NCBI GenBank assembly: GCA_965112735.1
Contig: OZ218954.1
Span: 186,001-250,000 of the forward strand
Direction of reading: 5' to 3'
Source: Phaeosaccion multiseriatum
Taxonomy: Eukaryota; Protista; Ochrophyta, other classes
Length of the DNA: 64,000 nucleotides
Position numbers and translations under genes: made by a program. Shown here piece after piece: positions 25,351-37,330 of this stretch. The notes beneath the pieces are model-generated. The model did not search any database, was not told the origin of the DNA, and saw only the letters and a list, made by a program, of their open reading frames with translations. Position 1 is the stretch's first letter; each line of letters opens with the position of its first letter.

Positions 25351-26356
25351 GTGCGGCGAGAACGAAACAGAAGAGAGGCGATAGTCGGTGGTAAGGAGGA
25401 GCCTCGAGAGGTTTTCGCGTACAAGCGCGTAGCGCGTAGCGAGTACGCTTTCTTATTTCTTTCCGTCCTCCAATCCCTCCCCCCGTCCTTCAATCCCTCC
25501 CCCCCCCCGCCCCTCCCCCCCTCCCAGACACAGATGGCACTTAAGGGCTTGTCAACTGCCCCCCTGCTCGTACGGATTTCTCTTTCGAACCCGCTCGCTC
25601 ACACAGCTCTTCGCTGTCCCTCTATTATCCCTCGCTCTCACGCCTGTGGCCTGTTATATATATTTCCTCAATATCTTCCCCTGTGGCTTTATCCTCTCTC
25701 TCTCTCTCTCTCTCTCCCTCTCTCTCTCTCTCTCCCTCTCTCTCTCTCTCTGTCTCCCTCTCTCTCGCTCTCTCTCCCTCTCTCTTCGACTCTCTCTCTC
25801 TCTCTTTCTCTCTCTCTCCATCTCTCTCTCTGCGTGCGTTACGCTGGCTCTTGTCTCGCTCCCCTGTGGCTTTCTCCTCTCTCTCTCTTTCTCTCTTCTC
25901 TCTCTATGTCTCTTTTTACGCTTGTGCTCTTGTCTCACTCCCCTGTGCCTTTCTCCTCTCTCTTTCTCTCTTCTCTCTCCCTCTCTTGTTTTCGATGGCT
26001 TCGCTCTCCCTCCCTCCAGCGACGTGTCGAGGAGAATTCCGTGCTGCACCCACCATCAGGTAAGAAGTGTGCATGTGTGTGGCTTGTATATGCGACGCAT
26101 TGGTCTTGGTTAGTTGCCTCTACTCTGGGTGGAAGAAACGGGGAGCACGTTCTAGGGGGTCAAGGTTGTGGACTGGTGGACGTGGGGAACTGCGGATTCC
26201 ATACTATGCAAGTAATTACGTAAAAGCTTTTCTGTCCCCCGGACGACCAAACTACTGTTTGAACGAGTTTGAACATGCGCATGGTGTAGCCCTCGTCGAG
26301 ACAAGCAAGTCGAATGCCAGCATCGTTACCTCCTCTACAACCTGCCTCTATCAGGT
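25351..26356 (+). other. Possible spliced transcript or gene fragment of unknown nature
   Basis: Good acceptor/donor pairs around 25351-25390 and 26020-26059 (long CT tract, then CAG..GTAAGA), but no convincing continuous protein could be assembled. Confidence 0.2.
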
Positions 26357-26645
26357 TCAGCTTCAAGGGGGGGAGGGGTGGAGGCCTAACAAACTGAAAC
26401 TGCTGTTCCTTGCGTAAGGGTTAGGCGGGTCTTACATACGGGTGTCTTGCAGCCCAGAGGGCCCTCCCCTTCCCCCCCCCCCCCCCTACTAAAGTGCCTC
26501 TATCGCCGAGTTGAGCAGTTCTGGTTACGCGTCCCAGGTCGGGGTGAGTAATGCCCTCTTTCGTAACGTTCGTGGCACTGCTTTTTTCCCCCCCTCTTTT
26601 TTGAGTGAGCTCTCTTAAATCTCTTAATGAGGAGATCGATTAGGA

Positions 26646-26880
26646 TCGACCCCTGACACACTATCCGCTATCCGCTATCGCCGGCGCCAGCCGGCGCGCT
26701 ATCCGCTATCGCCGGCGCCAGCCGGCGCGCTATCCGCTATCGGCCGGCGCCAGCCGGCGCGCTATCCGCTATCGGCCGGCGCCAGCCGGCACGCTATCCG
26801 CTATCGGCCCGCGCTATCGCCCCCCCCGGGGGCCGATAGCGCGCTATCGAGAATGTGGGCGATAGTGTGTCAGGGGTCGA
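26646..26880. mobile_element. MITE-like element with 20-bp TIRs and internal GC-rich tandem repeats
   Basis: TCGACCCCTGACACACTATC at 26646 and its exact reverse complement at 26861-26880, flanked by TTAGGA on both sides. Four internal 29-30 bp units GCTATCCGCTATCG(G)CCGGCGCCAGCCGGCGC. Confidence 0.8.
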
Positions 26881-27692
26881 TTAGGAGGCCGACGACCGAC
26901 GACAAGCTAATAATTAAAATGGTGACGTAGTTACTAGCTCCCCAAGTGGGGAAGAGTGCCCAGGATTCTCTCACAGCTACAACTGTGTAAGGTCTTTCGA
27001 AGAAGCGAGCCAGGAGCCAGAGAAACCTCGCGGGCGGCCGAAATCATTTCTTAGAAGGTGTCGGAGAAGCGTAACCCCCGGCGGAGAGCTTGCTCGGACT
27101 CCCGACAGGGAAACATTCTGCCAAATTTGGTTTCTTTGACCATCCCAAGGGGTACAAATATTAGTACCCCTAGCTGGAGGGGGGGTACATTAAACCTCCA
27201 ACCGTAAGGGAGGCACTTTCCTGCAGCATTGCTTGGCGACAGGAGAGAGAGGTTGGGAAATCACGTAACAGGTAAATCGTTTGACGAGCGGCGGGCAAAC
27301 CGGGAGAGGCACGGGCGGGCGGTGTGGTGAGGAAGAAAAGGGGGAGAAAGACTGCCCAATAACCTTGGTCTACGAGTGTATCCGAATCGACGGAACATTC
27401 TCTTCTCCGATTGAGATTGGACTGCCTCCTGCCTCTCCTCCTCGCCCATTTTATGGCTGCTTCGTCTCGCCGCAACCTCCTGTCTGCTGTGCGAACCCAC
27501 TGCTGCTCTACAGGCTTGCTTCTGCTTGATTCAGTTGAGAGATGATGTGGCAGATAAAAAGGATTCGCTTCCTCCGATTTCAAGTTGCGGAGCCTTTGTT
27601 AATGACGGCTTGTTATGCTTGGCCCCTGTTTCTTGCTTGCCTGACTGCCTTTCGTCGCAGCGGGCATTTGGAGAGTCTGCGAGACTGCAGCC

Positions 27693-30620
27693 ATGGTGCT
27701 CTCCCCCGTGAAGCAGAACGGCTTCGGGAGGTGGGCCCTCAGTCTGGTGCTGTGGCTCCTCGCAGCAACACCGGGTGAATGTGGTGAGTGAGTGATGGCG
27801 CCCGAATTCTGGAAGCTGTGTTCATTATTATCTCGGGTTTTGCATCTTCCACATGCGGGGAAGACACCCCACCCAGCCAGGCGGTTGATCTGTCCGTCGT
27901 TTTCGTTGTGCTTCACGTGCCTGCTGAGCTTGCTCAAGAGCCGTGCATCCTTGTTAGCCCTGGCTGAATCCCCCCCCCCCCCCGGACTGGCTGGCCGCCC
28001 TTTTCCCTGGGCCGGACTCTGTCTCCGTACCTGATTTCCGTCTGACTCTCCCTCCCCTCGGGAAGAGCCTCATCTCATCTCACCTGACTGCCAGCTAATC
28101 AGCACCCCTTTTTCCTTGCCTCACCTGGCCTGGCCTGGCCTGCCTGGCCTGCTGTTGTTCCGTGTGGCGAGTCCGACTTTCACGGAATAGCCCTCAGCCA
28201 GGCCAGCTCTATTGAAGTTGTATCCACCCGCCCACTAACGCGCCCTCGCACTGCTGCTCACCGCCCTCCTTTCCCTGTGCGGCCTCCTCACTGCCCCTAC
28301 TTCTCCGTGGTTGTGCTACATCTTTCCTATCTTTCCTTGCTTGACCACACTCTCCCTCCTCTTGCCTGCTGCATGAGAAGCCTCCTTCGCACCCGGCACT
28401 GGCATTTCAGAGCACATTTTCATCCCTCAGCCGGGCGTCACTCGCGACGAAGCGATGGATATATGTGCGGCCAATGGGGCCGCCCTCGTGTCCGTCAACG
28501 ACCAGACCGAAGACGAACACGTCAAGGCTCTCATCCCAGATATCAACAACGCCCATGTCTGGGTTAGCTTCGAGCGGGAAGCAGGCACTGCCAATGGTAA
28601 AACAGCATTCACATGGGCAGACGGCACGGCGACGGCGGAGAACACGATGGCGGACGATGGATGGGGCTGGAAGGAAGACCAGCCGAACAATTGGCGCGGC
28701 AAGCAGCTCTGCGGCTCGTATTACTTCGAAGACACGTTCGAGCCCGGCTGGAGCGATGTTCCCTGCAGCGACCCTGGCCCTGTGGCTGGCTCCGTCTGCG
28801 AGCGAGGCATAGGTGCGTAAGGTAGTGGCCTGAAGAGGGCTTGGTTGGAAGTTGCGGTACCACACTATTGCGCGCGCGTTGCTTAAGGGGGAAACGCCCT
28901 CTTCATCCTCTTCCACCTCGCTCCTCCTTCTTCTTGTTGTAGGTTGTTCACGATCATCAGCACCTCCTGCCTCCTAGTCCACCATCTCTTGCTCTACAGC
29001 CCCCCCCCCCCCCCTCTTCCCCGCTTGAAGGGAAAGCGCCTTTTCCTCCTCATCCCTGCTCCTGCTCTTCCTCCACCTCCACCACCACCTCCTCCTCCTC
29101 CTACTACTACTACTACTACTACTCCACCAACTCTTCCACCACCACATCCTCCTCCCCCGCCTCCTCCTCCAACAAGTATTCCACCCCCCTCTCTTCCCCT
29201 TCTGGTCTAACCTCTTAGTCTGCATCGTATTTCGGGCCCTTAGGCACTGATTTGAATTCACCCGCCCCCCAACACACCCTTCCGCTGCTACTCGTGTCTT
29301 CCTCCTTTTGCTCGCGTCTTCCTCCTGCTGCCGTGCGGCCTGGCTGCTTCACTTGCGGCCGCTACTCCTCGAATGGTTGTGACACACCATGGGTGGCTGT
29401 GTTACGATATAAGGCATCCCAATATGCCTTCAGTATTATCCAAACGCGCGCGTTTGGATAATACTGAAGGCATATTGGGATGCCTTATATCGTAACAAAA
29501 GGTGGGTTCCTTGAGCCCTACACCTTCGCACCGGGGGGTTGGCGCTACCGACACGTTCGTCCCTAAATACTGTCCCTTTGTTTATCCCACCAGTATTCAC
29601 GTGCTTTTTTCAACAGGGTACGACCCTCTGGTATCTCCTTGGGAACCCCCCTCGGGAAACATCATATTATTTTTTCCTCTTTCCTCAGGTAGGACTCGAA
29701 CCCCTCTTTTGTTACGATATAAGGCATCCCAATATGCCTTCAGTATTATCCAAACGCGCCCGCCGCGTTTTTGGATAAGGGCGCGTTTGGATAATACTGA
29801 AGGCATATTGGGTATTATCCAAACGTTTGGATAATACTGAAGGCATATTGGGATGCCTTATATCGTAACAGGCTGTCACTGAGCAGTGGACTTCACCCAG
29901 AGCAATACCTACACCTCTTCGGCCTCGGAGTACTTCTACGTCCCTCAGCCTGGCGTCACTCGCGACCAAGCGACTGCCCGGTGTGAGCTGAATGGGGCCG
30001 CCCTCGTGTCCGTCAATGACCAGACCGAAGACGAATACGTCAAGGGACTCATCCCAAATATCAACGAGTTCGAAGATGACCATGTCTGGGTTAGCTTCGA
30101 GCGGGACCCAGGTACCACCCTCAGCACAACGGCATTCAGGTGGGCAGACGGAACGACAACGCCGGACGTTATGGCGGACGATGATGGATGGGGCTGGAAG
30201 ACCGGCCAGCCGAACGATGCCGGCAACGGTCAGCGCTGCGGCTCGTATTTTTTCGGAGGCAGCGGGGGGCCCGGCTGGAGCGATGATCCCTGCAGCGGCA
30301 CTGCGGTTGGCTTCGTCTGCGAGCGAGGCATAGGTGCGTAAGGTAGTGGCCTGAAGAGGGCTTGGTTGGAAGTGGCAGTACCACACTATTGCGCGCGCGT
30401 TGCTTAAGGGGGAAACGCCCTCTTCATCCTCTTCCACCTCGCTCCTCCTTCTTCATGTTGTAGGCTGTTCACGATCATCACCACCTCCTCCTAGTCCACC
30501 ATCTCTTGCTCTACAAGCCCCCCCCCCCCCCTCTTCCCCGCTTGAAGGGAAAGCGCCTTTTCCTCCTCATCCCCGCTCCTGCTCTTCCTCCACCTCCACC
30601 ACCTCCTCCTCCTCCTCCTC

Positions 30621-30668
<48 letters not shown>

Positions 30669-31523
30669 CACCAACTCTTCCACCACCACATCCTCCTCCC
30701 CCGCCTCCTCCTCCAACAAGTATTCCACCCCCCTCTCTTCCCCTTCTGGTCTAACCTCTTAGTCTGCATCGTATTTCGGGCCCTTAGGCACTGATTTGAA
30801 TTCACCCGCCCCCCAACACACCCTTCCGCTGCTACTCGTGTCTTCCTCCTTTTGCTCGCGTCTTCCTCCTGCTGCCGTGCGGCCTGCTTCACTTGCGGCC
30901 GCTACTCCTCGAATGGTTGTGACACACCATGGGTGGCTGTCACTGAGCAGTGGACTTCACCCAGAGCAATACCTACACCTCTTCGGCCTCGGAGTACTTC
31001 TACGTCCCTCAGCCTGGCGTCACTCGCGACCAAGCGACTGCCCGGTGTGAGCTGAATGGGGCCGCCCTCGTGTCCGTCAACGACCAGACCGAAGACGAAT
31101 ACGTCAAGGGACTCATCCCAGATATCAACAACGCCCATGTCTGGGTTAGCTTCGAGCGGGAACCAGGCACTGCCAATGGCAAAACAGCATTCACGTGGGC
31201 AGAGGGCACGGCGACGGCGGACAAAACGGTGACAGAAGATGGTTGGGGCTGGAAGGACCGCCAGCCGAACAGTAGCGGCGACAAGCAGCTCTGCGGCTCG
31301 TATTACTTCGAAGACAGGTTCGACCCCGGCTGGAGCGATATTCCCTGCAGCGACCCTGCGGTTGGCTTCGTCTGCGAGCGAAGCAAAGGTGCGTGAGAAA
31401 ATCTCAGTGTTCTGAAGAGGACTTGGTTGGACGTGGTGGTAACACACAATGGCCGCGTGCGGCTTCAGGGGGAGACGCTTTCTTCATCCCCGCTCCTCCT
31501 CCTCCTCCCCCTGCCTGGTCCTC

Positions 31524-31554
<31 letters not shown>

Positions 31555-34500
31555 TCCTCCTCCTCCTCCTCCTCCTCCTCCTCCTCCTCCTCCTCCTCCT
31601 CCTCCTCCTCCTCCTCCTCCACCTCCTCCTCCTCCTCCACCACCACCACCACCACCACCACCACCCCCTCCACCTCCACCTCTACCTCCTCCTCCTCCTC
31701 CTCCTCCTCCTCCTCCTCCTCCTCCTCCTCCTCCTCCTCCTCCTCCTCCTCCTCCTCACTTGCGCGCTGTCCGTAGTCGCGGAACATATGTGCTGGCCTT
31801 GTCGAGTAGCCTATGCCATGCCCTCCTCCTCCTTTGCCCTCTTTCCTCCCTCTCCCTTCGTATGCGATAGGTCAAAGTACCACCCCCCTTATCCTCCTCC
31901 TCCGGCTTCGACAGGGCTGTGTGCTTTGATCTATCGCGGGCACCGCCGGACAATGACGCCTACTCCTTGTTTCACTCCCATCTGCTCTTTGCCTGTTCTA
32001 ATGTCTGGACCTCTGTGATGGTGTTGATTCTCTCCTCCCACGGGCTGTTCACACTGCCTTCCCTCTTCGAACGCATGTGCGTTCGCTCGGGTGGCTCCGT
32101 GGATGGCTGCCCTTGGGATCATTGTGCACTCTTCTTCTGCTTGCTCGCCTGTGCCAAGATCCCGGCAAGTAAGTGCCCCTCTGAGAAGGAGAGCTCCCCA
32201 TGGACCCTTCCTTTTCTCCTCACCTTACTGAGCCACCCCTCCTGCTGCCTAAATGTCGAAGTGCAGACAGCCCATCAACTCCAGCGCATGCGAGGTCTCC
32301 GTCTTACATGTCGGCGCCCTCCCTCCCCCCGCCCTGCCCTCGCTACTCATGTGCCCTAACTCTGACAGGCAGGTCGTGATTGAAGTGCTCCAGGCGGACA
32401 CTAAGCCTGGGCCTGATGGTATCCTCAATCTGGCTGAAGTTGCATGTTATGATGGCGGCAGCAGCACGAAGATTCCGCTGGACGGCATCACCTTGAGTTC
32501 CCTCTTCAGACCCTCCACGTTTCTTGCCACTCGATGCACCGACGACGACGACACAACCTTCTGTCACTCCGACGGGCACGCAAGAGAACCCGGCCGCCTC
32601 ACTCTGAGCCTTTCCGGCGGAGCTGACCAACCCATCGCGTACTGCGAGGTCACAAACCGTCTCGATTGCCAGACATGCAAGGACCGCATCAACGGCGCGA
32701 GCTTCAAGATCCTCGACGCGGACGGCACTACTGAGCTCTACGCCAGCACTTTCCCCTCACCCGCACAGGACTCATACACTTTCGGTAAGTACACGTGGCT
32801 GCGTCATGCTCCCGCGGGGGGGGGAGGGCGAGTAGAGGGCGATCAATACTTGACAGCTGCCATGGTTGAGCTGCTCTTCGATCATTTCCCCGCCGTAAAT
32901 GTCGAAGCCATACAAGCAAAATTACTCTGGCGCGCTGCTCACGCCCTCCCCCCCCCCCGTTGGGCTGCTCACTGCTGCCTGCCCTGTTCGCCCGCATGTG
33001 TGCCTCCACGGCTCGGCGGATGGGCACTGACGGCCCTTTGGACCCCTGTGTACCCTCCTGCTCTCCTGTGCCTATCATAGTTGCCAAGTAAGTACCCCCT
33101 CTGTGAAACTGAGTGAACAGCCAGAGCTCGCTATGGACCTTCCCTTTCTCGTCATTTCATTGAGCCACTCCCGCTACTGCCTACTCGAAGCGCAGATGAC
33201 GTCATCACTAAATGCACGTGCGTTGCGAAACCACCGTTTCGCCTGTCGATGCCCCCCCCCCCCTCGCTACTTGTGTACCCTAACTCTGACAGGCAAGTCG
33301 TCATTGAAGTGCCTCCGGCGGACGCTAGCACTGATAATGATGGTATCCTCAATCTGGCTGAAGTCGAATGTTACGATGGCAGCAATGCTAAGATTCGGCT
33401 GACCCCGGCGGTTCTCAGCTCTACTTATACGTCTCCTTACTCTGGCCTGGTCTTCCCTGCCTCTCTATGCACGGACGGCAATGCAGAAACCTTTTGTCAC
33501 TCCCAGGCCGAAGAAGGCGGCGCCACCCTCACCCTGTACCTTTCTGGCGGTGCCGACCAAGTCATTTCCAGCTGCGAGGTGGAAAATCGCCCCACCATCA
33601 AGCAGAATGAGCTCAATCGGATCAACGGCGCGAGCTTCAAGATCCTCGACGCGGACGGCACTACTGAGCTCTACGCCAGCACTTTCCCCTTATCCGCAGA
33701 AGACGCATACACTTTCGGTACGTTTGGGAGGGAAGAGGGAGGTTGGTATTTCATGTATGCTTTTGAGTGCCACCCTTCCTGTTCTCCTTTTCTCTATTCA
33801 GCCGTCAGTCCTGTTGTCGGACGTGCAGCAATGCTTCCCCTCGCCCCCCCCACCTTCCCTTCGTCTGGACTGCGTTTGCCTCAGACTCAATCTCAGCCCT
33901 GTTCCCCTCCTGCTCTGTAATCGGCATGCCCATTGGACGATCAATCCCCACTTGCCGGCAGCTTGCTACTCACTTCCGTTTTGCTTCTTGTCTCCTTTGC
34001 CGCTCCGCGCCTTTTGCCCACCTCCTTCCCCTGGCTGGACCTACCATGACTTACAGGCATTACCAGGGAGGCGATCTGCAAGCTCGGCGGTGGAGCATAC
34101 GACACATCCTCCGACACGTGCACCTGCCCTTCTGTGAACCCCCTCAATCCACTTGTGTGTAGGGGACAGCTCTGCCAGGTGGGTGCGGCCGGTTGCGCCT
34201 TTCACCAGCGCTTCTCACCAAGTGCTTGACTCGCCCCGCCCAATGCACTTCCTGCGCTCTTTGCCACTACATTGAGGCTCTCTCTCTACACCAACAGCCT
34301 GTTGCCTACCACTCTTCCTCTACCCCCTGTATCTATCTGCGTGTAGAGTTGCTGTCCCCTTCCTCGGAAGAGGGGCTAGGCGGTGTCAACGCCTTCACCA
34401 TACCAATCTCTCTTTCGAGGAAGTGGGCACATGACTGACTTTTGTTCCGTCGCTCCACTTGATCGCGTTGCGCTGTGCTGGCTGCCTCCCTTCTTCCCTG

Positions 34501-37290
34501 CCACAAACCGCTCGCCTTCCCACCTTCTTCTTGCCTCTTGACGTGGCTGGTGCCTCTGCCTTGCCCTTGCTTGGCACCTGCGGCGTCTGTCGACACTGTG
34601 CGGCCGGCCCCGTCCTCATGTTGTTGGGTTCGCGCATGGGGGTCGTCGGACATGGTCCTTCCCCACTCGTACCCGCGCGTCTCCTCCTCGCCTCAACAGA
34701 GGACGGTGTTTAAGGTGAGGAAGCGACGAGTGTTTGCATGATCATCTTTCTTGTTGCAAGGCAGCCACCCTCGTTCTTGCGCCATTTTGATGTAAGCCTG
34801 GCTGTGTGTAAGGACCCACCCTCATCCTAACACCCCAACACCCCGCTGCTGCCCTTCGTCCTGCTTTCTCATGTCCGTCATGACATGCGGCTGCTTCCTT
34901 CCGCCCCTGGCTGGGGCCCACCTCGCCTCTGCTCAAACGTCATGAAGAAATGCGCCGTGACCTGTTTGGATGATTCCAGCTGCCGAGTGAGTGAGCAAGT
35001 CTCTTGTAGCAGCTACTGGCCCCTCATGAGTCACCCCAAGAACTCCACTCTTGTTGCCCGTCCGACTACTAGATTTTAGATTTTGTGTCATAGCGACCCT
35101 CCTGTGGCACAGGGCCCATACGTTGAGCCTTTCTTCTCTCCTGACCTCCCCCCTGTGCCCCTCTGTTGCTGGTCTTCTGCCCCCTTTTCTCTTCAACACA
35201 CACCCTGCTCCACACAGAATGCACATTTCCAAGGCGATTCCAGGGCCGACTGCTCAGGGAAGGACTCCTGTTACGTGAGTTCTCCGTCCGCTCTCGCTGC
35301 CTGCTTGGCCGATTGTGTATCTTAGCTTACTTGTGTCGTACCAGCCACTGGCGGCACACACTCCAGGCCTCCCCCCTAGCTATCCAGACCCCCCCCCCTG
35401 TGCCCCTCGCTCTGGCTGCTGGCCTCCTGCCCTCTTTTCTCATCAACACACACCCTGCCTGCTCCACACAGAATGCCATTTTTGGCGATTCGACCGCAAC
35501 CTGCTCAGGGGAGGACTCCTGTTACGTGAGTTCTCAGTCCGCTCTCGCTACCTGCTTCACCGATTGTGTATCTTAGCTTACTTGTGTCGTACCAGCCACT
35601 GGCGGCACACACTCCAGGCCTCCCCCCTATCCTGACCTCCCCCCCCCCCTGGCTGTGCCCGCCCCCTCTGCTGCTGGTCTTCCGCCCTCTTTTCTCATCC
35701 ACACACACCCTGCCTGCTCCACACAGGATGCCAATTTTTTTTGGCGTTTCGGCCGTAACCTGCTCAGGGTCCAGATCCTGTCACGTGAGTTCTCAGTCCG
35801 CTCTCGCTGCCTGCTTGGCCGATTGTGTATCTTAGCTAGCTACTTTGTCATACCACTGGCTGGGCCTGGCGGCGCACACTCCGGGCCTCCCCCCTGTGCC
35901 CCTCTCCTGACCTCCCCCCTGTGCCCCTCGGCTGACCTCGCACACCCACCCTCTTGTCTCTTCAACGCCCACCCTGGCTGGCTGCTCCCCTCGAAACAGT
36001 CTGCGGACTTGCTTTGTGCTTTGATGGCAATTCGATGGCAACATGCGCCGAACATTACTCCTGTTTTGTACTTAGTCTCAGCCCACGTTGGCTCTCGTAA
36101 CCTGGCTAATTCTGTGGCATACTTCTGTCGCACCGCCGCTGAAAGGCCCATGCCTCAAGCCTTGCTCCTGCCTCTCCTGACCTCCCCTCTGTGCCCCTGG
36201 CCTCTTGCTGACTCACGTCGTCAATCGCTCCCCACACAGTATGCTGCCATTTATAACAGCTCGGGCGCCATGTGCACCAGTCAAGGGGCCTGCTATTATC
36301 TCAAGGTGTGTGTGTAAAAGGAAGGGCCAGTCCATGCAAGGGGAAGCAAGTACAAGAGACACGCTTGTAGCTACGCCCCAGATGACGTGATACGATGACT
36401 GACCATCCATCCGCGCCTGTCTCCCGGGTTTCCTTGTATCACTCTCGGCTGTGGCTGGCCAATAGATTCAAGGGAATGGTTCTGCATGCTGCGAGGGAGT
36501 TTGGTAAGTGGGTAGTCGCAGGCAGAGTACCTTTGAGGAGTGCATTTACTCTCGCTCCTGCAGGGGCTGAGGGTTGGCCAATAAGTCAAGGAGCGCCAAT
36601 CCCACACCCTCGCGCTTACAACCCCCCCCCCCCTCTCCCTTTGCTCCTGTCTTTGTGCGTTCATGCCTGGTGTTGTTTGGTGAACTCTCCTTTCCCTTCT
36701 TCAACCCCGCCCGCCCGTGTGCATCCCTGCAACTTTTTAGCCCCCGACTCGATTACGCCAACCCCCGCAGCTATGCCAGGAGAGAGTGTAAAGGTAAGCA
36801 CGAGTGAGATGGTGAGGGAAGCGACGGAGCTGAGGATGACGTAGCTATGCACCTTCATCTCGTCGCTCCTCATACGTGCTGCTTGCTTTTCATGGCCGCA
36901 CAGCCAGTGAGCACTAAAGCTCTTCGGATTCTTTTGTCGTGGCTGCCCCAGCCACTCATTGCCCTCCACAGTCTGACGATCGTTTCTCTCATGCGCTTGT
37001 CTTGCTTATGCTCTGCTGGGCCGCTCCCCACCCCCTCCTGCCATGGCGTGCGTCTCGTGCGGCGGTGACGGCCCTCCTGATGCAGACACCGACAGGGACG
37101 GCGTTCATGACCCTTGGGACAAGTGAGTGGTTTAAATTCATCCTATGCATTTCGGACCGACTTGACAGGCAGGAGTGGATCGCGTTGCTTGTGCGTGGGT
37201 GTGTGCTGCGTGGCCTGGGGGTGTGCCCCCCCAGCAGCGCCTTTCTCTGTGGCCTGCGTTCGTAGCCCTGCTTTTCATGGCTGTCCGCCG

Positions 37291-37330
<40 letters not shown>

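Noticed and set aside
27170-27583. 137-aa minus-strand ORF and neighbours upstream of the lectin gene
   Set aside because: No recognisable domain or splice chain; likely promoter or 5' UTR.
29681-29703. tRNA-like T-arm GGTTCGAGTCCTACCTGAGG on the minus strand inside the transposon
   Set aside because: No D-arm, anticodon arm or acceptor stem. It is part of the element's internal inverted repeat and is not placed like a primer-binding site.
29400-29870. Firm call as LTR retrotransposon/TRIM
   Set aside because: No clear PBS or polypurine tract in either orientation and the arms differ in length; class left open.
31871-31970. Extra exon(s) between CTL3 and the first micro-exon
   Set aside because: Acceptor-like sites exist but there is no good donor, and the frame is already satisfied without them.
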